A DNA stretch of 64,000 bases. It comes from Callorhinchus milii (taxonomy: Eukaryota). Below are positions 60,421 through 64,000 of this stretch, piece by piece; position 1 is the stretch's first letter, and each line of letters starts with the position of its first letter. The stretch lies in contig NW_024704743.1 in NCBI RefSeq assembly GCF_018977255.1, positions 8,122,001 through 8,186,000 of the forward strand, read 5' to 3'. The notes beneath the pieces were generated by a model that did not search any database, had not been told where the DNA came from, and saw only the letters and a program-made list of their open reading frames with translations. Both the position numbers and the translations under genes were made by a program.

Positions 60421-63136
60421 TTAATTCTTATTACTTTAAGCAGTGCAAATGTATGCAAATTTCAACCCGATGTGAAGTCCCAACATGAAGCTTGAACCCA
60501 CAACTTTCTGTAACAAAAGCATCAAATTATTATCAGCTGAGCCAACCTGACATTGAAGATGTGCAGCTCCCTCCATCTAGGCCATGGAACAGTCAGTTAT
60601 GGAGGCTTTGCAGCGATCACCACTGTGTCATTTGACAAGTGAAACTGTGGCAGCCTATCTCCCAACCCACAGTGAAGTGCTGCACAGTCACATAGTGCTC
60701 AGAGAGATCTGACCAAGGCAGGAAGCCGGCATAATAGCCAGTCCTGGGACTCATAACTTTATATTGTCAGACAAGCAGCTACTGGCTGGCCATTGGCAAT
60801 GACATGTTTCTGAATGTTTTATATGATTGAAAACATCAGCGGGAAAATAAATATATAAATAAGCTGTAAAGTAAAAGCGATTGTAGGAACAACATTAAGT
60901 TGACAGCACATCATAAGTGCTGTATCATCAAGGTAATGTCACTGGGGTTCAGCTCTGCCAGTGATTTTCAGTGCACTAACGAGAAGTACTGTGATGTGAA
61001 GCCAAAGAAGATAAAAAATGTCATCTAACATTTGAAAGTTGCATTAGTATTGAAGGACAAGGTGCAATAACCCACATTCAACCGTCGAATGACACAAACC
61101 TGAATGTTTTTTATCCAGTTGATTTAATGTTCCATTGATTTAAGCGCTCTGAGACACTGCTCTGTGTGATGGGTGATATATAAATGTATAAATGCAAACT
61201 GTTGTTGTTGTAATGTTCTATATAATCTTTAGTTGAGAATGAATAAGAGTTGTCATTGCAGCCTTCAGTTCCCAAATTACAGACCGAATATAGGGCAATG
61301 ACTTGACATTTATCCTCAGCTGACAAACAGCCATGACATGAGTGACAATTTTATCTGCGGGATTGTTCATCAGGACACCAGAAGAAACTCCCTTCTCCTT
61401 TGAGTAGTTCCATGGGATATTTAAAATAAAATCATACAAATGGTACTATAATATTGAGGAGTGCAAATGTATCTCAACGTTCTTGAACAAAACATCTGCA
61501 AGTGCAAGTGCATGACACAAAACTAACTAATTTACTGTGTACACGCACATGCAATACTCCACTGAAAATCCATTGATCTGCACTGACAAAACAAATTTGG
61601 TTAACTTTTCAGTATTTAGGGAGCAGGCTTACTCTCTTACATAGTGTTTACTTGCTCAGTGTAAACATCTTATCGAAATCAGCAACAACTAGCATTTATA
61701 CAGCGCCCTCCAACCCGAGTGGCATCTCAGAGCACTTGATCAGGCAGGATTGCTAGTCAAGTCATCGGGTCAATGCATGTTTTCGTTTTATATTCACACT
61801 GTTGGCTATTTGTTACATTGATTGCATTATCTTCACATACATTATGTTACACTTCAATTTCACTGCACGCGGTTCTCTCTTCCTCAACTGCCCGCCCACT
61901 CACCTGCCTTGCTCAAGGGCTGCCACTTCTAACTAGTCTCCTATGGGCAGGAGTTTGAGGCTGTCTGAACTGTAGACCACTCTGTGACAGCTGTCAATGC
62001 TCTTGTCTGACCAGTCACTTGTGGTTAGGTGAGTCAAATATGCAATTCACCCACCCACCCCCTCTCAATCCCTCAGTCCCTAAGATAGAAACTCTTGTCA
62101 GGACACATTTCTCTATGCAGCAGCCTGGCCAACAGCTGATGAAATTTGATCTGAACAGCAGCAAATGGCAAACAGTGTCAAAATAAGTAGCTATAAATAT
62201 TTATGTCTATTTGGTTCTCTACCTATTTTGGTTTCATGGCCAAACATCCTTGTTTTGTTCCATGGTTTCTTATGTTTCTGAGTAACAGATAGCTTTGGGT
62301 TTCAAACCTGGCAGGCAAGTTGCATGAGGTAGCATTTGTCTTTTTTGTTTGCTTTGTTGACTATGCGGCATGTCTTATAATAATAATAATCATAATCGTT
62401 GCATTTGATGTAGCCCCTTATCATGTCTTTGAGATGTCTCAAAGTGCTTCACAGAATATACTTTAAAGGAACTTGACTGGATATTTTGTGGGCGAAACAC
62501 ATCCAGCTGAACGGGCAGGTGGAACCCCAGTCTCATCCGAAGATTAGCACTTCCAACAATGCAGCACTCCCCAGCAGTGGACTGGAGTGTTACCGAGAGT
62601 AGACTACGCTATGAGTTCAAGCAGTAAGCACCTTCTGCGACAGGGTTTTTGAGTAGTGATGAGGAGTGGGACCCATTGCTGATTTTATCTTCACTAACCT
62701 AAGAGGATTGAAACAAGGTGTAGGGTCTCAACTACTGCCCTGGTTGCTCTCAGTGAATTCAGCACAGGCTTCAAAATGATTTTACAGTCTATGTGGCCTT
62801 AATCCTTTACCCACTAGGCCATCGGCGAAGTTCAGGGATTGTATTTCTAAACAAAAGCATTTAGTTACAGAAGCTGAGTATACTGCACATAGGCTGGATG
62901 AGTGGCGGCCTACAGGAGCATGTGTGTATAGATATAAATATATATGTATATATAAACACAAATATATATCAGCTTCAACAACAACAATAAACTGCTTTAT
63001 ATAGTGCCTACCACATCAGGAGGACGTCCCAAGGTGCTGATGTTATGGATGATTCATGGTGTTGTGCAGCAAAGCAGCAGGAAACAGTTGCAACAAAGTG
63101 AAATCTTTCACAAATTGGAGGCTGGTATTGATCTAA

Positions 63137-63500
63137 GTGTCAACCTGGTTCAAGTAGCAGCACAAGTTGCTGGATTCTGAGTCACAAGTTGCTGGATTCA
63201 AACCCCACATCAGGACTTTGAACTCATTCTCTAGGCTGACATTCTGATACAGTTCTGTGGGAGTGCTACATTGTCAGAGGCGCCGTCCTTCGGATGAGAT
63301 GTGAAACCGAGGTTTCATCTGCCTGTTCAGGTGGACATTTAAATTTCCCATGACAATATGGTTTCTGCAAATGGCCTGGCCAACAATGCCTCAAGTAAAA
63401 CAAAATGATCACTCACTTCATGTTGTGTGCAAAGTGTGTGAAGAGCTTGAGACACTTTGATGACATGATAAGGCACTAAATCATCTGCAAAAATTATTTA
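63137..63500 (+). mobile_element. Deu-domain SINE (family B)
   Basis: Head with a local 17-bp duplication (cacaagttgctggattc), then gcgccgtccttcggatgagatgtgaaaccgagg and the tail. Confidence 0.8.
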
Positions 63501-63567
63501 AGAAACATGTCAGTTTGTAGTATATAAATTTTTTTACTATTATATTTTCCTGTCCCCTCCACATGTT

Positions 63568-63702
63568 AGAGTACTGTAGTTTAATGGTTAGAGCACTCGC
63601 CTTGCAAGCGAGAGGACCCTGGTTCGATTCCCGGGCGGGCAAAACTGCTTAGAGACGTCTCAACAATGTAATAAGGCACTATATCAAATGCAAGGATTAT
63701 TA
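63568..63702 (+). mobile_element. SINE family A, head fused almost directly to the tail
   Basis: tRNA-Ala-like head ...ggttcgattcccgggcgggcaaaa followed by gagacgtctcaacaatgtaataaggcactatatcaaatgcaaggattattat. Confidence 0.8.
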
Positions 63703-64000
63703 TGTTAAGTGTTCAATATGATACCCTCTCACTCATGGTCAGTTACTGAGACCAGGAATAAAAAATTAACTTATTAACTTTGTGACATGCAGAGAGGAGT
63801 TATCTGGGCTGGAGGAGTAGAGTTCCTTGCCCTGTTCCAACCAGATATTCATTCAGTTGGTCACATGATTACAAGATTGGTCTGGTTAAAGAAGATACTT
63901 TGGCCCATCCGATCTCATCCCTTTAGAATACCCACCCCCACCAAATCAGCTGCTTTTTGAATGAGTCCAGGGCTCTGGCTTCTTCCATCTTTCCTGACAA

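Noticed and set aside
63568-63645. tRNA-Ala(TGC)-like sequences here and at 6562, 11610, 26833 and 58000
   Set aside because: They have no proper acceptor stem and each runs into a SINE body or tail, so they are SINE heads.
39700-64000. Exons of a neighbouring gene downstream of ZEB1
   Set aside because: The listed ORFs are short and either map to SINE/LINE fragments or lack recognisable protein features or splice context. Small exons cannot be fully excluded.

Overview
Vertebrate genomic DNA, most likely from a cartilaginous fish. That taxon is inferred from the repeat types and protein divergence and was not checked against a database. The + strand carries exons 2-9 of ZEB1 (zinc finger E-box-binding homeobox 1) at 7141-37899; exon 1 lies upstream of the window. 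All eight exons have AG/GT boundaries and consistent phases and join into one 3500-nt frame. A 3' UTR rich in miR-200-family seed sites follows, with AATAAA at 39591. No further gene is recognisable from about 39.7 to 64 kb. Non-coding DNA is dominated by L2 and CR1 LINE fragments, two tRNA-headed SINE families with L2-type tails, Penelope-like remnants, microsatellites and one unclassified repeat. The most notable observations are: (1) a 9 x 36-bp coding minisatellite in the ZEB1 acidic C-terminus; (2) a TSD-flanked Penelope-like foldback carrying a decayed minimal hammerhead; (3) a near-identical inverted SINE pair flanking exon 2; (4) an L2 inserted in reverse into another L2, creating a long hairpin; (5) an apparent 8-aa deletion beside the Smad-binding segment; (6) a ~600-bp twin-tailed inverted element with an internal palindrome. 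I see no convincing evidence of a wholly new multi-gene system. Comparisons with human ZEB1/ZEB2 and with named repeat families are from memory and need alignment to confirm.
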